NCBI GenBank assembly: GCA_965287045.1
Contig: OZ336880.1
Coordinates: forward strand, 57,908,001 to 57,972,000
Direction of reading: 5' to 3'
DNA from: Carcharhinus amblyrhynchos
Taxonomy: Eukaryota
DNA length: 64,000 nt
Part shown: piece by piece, positions 62,592-64,000 of the stretch
Position numbering within the stretch: position 1 is the first letter of the stretch
How the letters are laid out: every line of letters starts with the position of its first letter
Program-made: the position numbers and the translations under genes
The notes under the pieces: model-generated
Told to the model about the DNA's origin: nothing
What the model saw: only the letters and a program-made list of their open reading frames with translations
Database searches by the model: none

Positions 62592-64000
62592 TGATGAGGC
62601 GAACTCGTGCTTCACTGCCCAACTTGTCTCGCTCTCTGTTTAAGGTTACCTGGTGCCTCACTAAGAAGCCTGGAGCCTTGTATGTTCGAACATAAGCCAT
62701 TTATTCATAATCCATAACTATTTACATCTCCAAGATAAAACCCTGCATGGTTGCTGTGTCCATACTAGCTTCTGTCAGACTCTACTAAACATGGTCTACT
62801 ATCATGTGACTCTCTACATCATAACGTGGGTGATATTGTTCTCAGGTCCCACATTATTCCTTACTACACTTTGCTAAATATATTTACAATACAATCTTTA
62901 CCTGATACCCCTTCTTCCTCCTCCCCCAACTTCCGCCTCATTTTCTGACTGTATAAATTCAGAGCATCTGGAGCCTTCATAACTCTTCCAGATCTCCTCC
63001 AGCTCATAATTGGTGGAACGGTAGTCTCTGTTGATTTGGGGTTGAAATCAACTCTTTTTTTTCTGGCATTTGATTGTATCTATTTGATTAGCTTCTTGCA
63101 TTCTGTCAAATTATATTTATCTTTACCAACAACACAACTGCGTTTTTTGGACATCCTGGGTTTGTCCCATTCCTTCCAAAGGGAATATTCATACATTAAT
63201 TCCTAGAGGAGACGCAGATTTTCTTCTCCATGGTGTCCAGCATGTTCATCCTGGAAGCTGACATTTCAAAAATGGAACTTCCATTTCTAGCTGTAGCACA
63301 ATTTCAGATAAATATTCATTTATGTTCTTTTTTACCTTTTTCATTCTAATGAATCATAGAATCCAACAGTGCAGAAGGAGGCATTCGGCCCATAAAACCT
63401 GCACTGATCATAAGCCCTCCCAGGTCCTATTCCCATAACCCCATACATTTACCCTAGCTAGTCCCCCTGACTAAGGGGCAATTTAGCATGGCCAATCCAC
63501 CTAACCCACACATCTTTGGAATGTGGGAGGAAACTGGAGCACCCAGAGGAAACCCACACATACACGGAGAGAATATGCAAACAGTACACAGACTCAAGCT
63601 GGGAAATGAACCCGAGTCCCTGGCACTGTGTGGCAGCAGTGCTAACCACTGTACCATAGTGCCTCTGCACGCCCCATTTTATGAATCCTCATTCAGCACA
63701 GCAACTACTCTGCTGAGTTCCATTGTCTTGTATGTCAAGAGTTCTTGAGAAATTCTTATACATGCGTAACAACCTCAACTCAATATTCAGTTACTTTCAG
63801 AGTTTTTCTTCCCTGGTTACTCTTTAGTCTCGCTCAGATCACTTGTTAGATCCCGTTTCCTAGAACTTTTCTGTTTTTAATACCTGGATTTTCTCTTCCA
63901 CATTGTGCTTCTCATCTTTCATGCTCTTCAGATTAGATTGAAGTTCAAGAATTCCATTGCTCTTTCAACTATGAAGTTCCAACACTTCAATAACTTTTGT
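62592..64000 (-). mobile_element. Probable decayed Gypsy 3' end (pol C-terminus, purine tract, LTR-like segment about 62592-62868), interrupted by HE1
   Basis: Minus strand RRSGRVMKAPDALNL (cf. the Gypsy pol terminus RRSxRxxKPPDRLNL), purine run at 62908-62928, and a TG..CA segment. The PPT does not abut the LTR. Confidence 0.45.
63350..63665 (-). mobile_element. HE1 SINE, full length
   Basis: Reverse-complement head GCAGTGCTAACCACTGTACC, plus core and tail. Confidence 0.92.

Noticed and set aside
1-64000. CRISPR arrays or prokaryotic defence systems
   Set aside because: The sequence is vertebrate repeat-rich DNA with no regularly spaced repeats or operons.

Overview
Eukaryotic, repeat-dense non-coding DNA, almost certainly from a shark (elasmobranch). 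It carries multiple HE1-type tRNA-derived SINEs and HER1/CR1 LINE fragments. I found no host protein-coding exon that I can support, so the window reads as an intron or gene desert. A large share of it is decayed mobile DNA: CR1, Rex1/Babar and L2/Crack-like LINEs; three Gypsy LTR remnants; PIF/Harbinger remnants (transposase and Myb/SANT partner genes) with many Harbinger-type MITEs; and Penelope-like inverted repeats bearing minimal hammerhead-ribozyme motifs. TE-poor blocks at about 13.3-14.0, 26.1-29.9, 31.8-34.4 and 49.8-52.8 kb look like candidate regulatory or conserved non-coding sequence (CTCF, PBX/MEIS and AP-1 motifs). The most notable observations are: (1) a Penelope-type palindrome whose hammerhead core has a compensatory U3-A8 pair in both arms; (2) a Penelope inverted-repeat insertion that encloses a copy of its own downstream flank; (3) a young CR1 whose 3'UTR contains a decayed HE1 SINE body; (4) a local inverted duplication sitting inside a MITE. 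Family names come from recognising motifs by eye, not from database searches, and boundaries are approximate.
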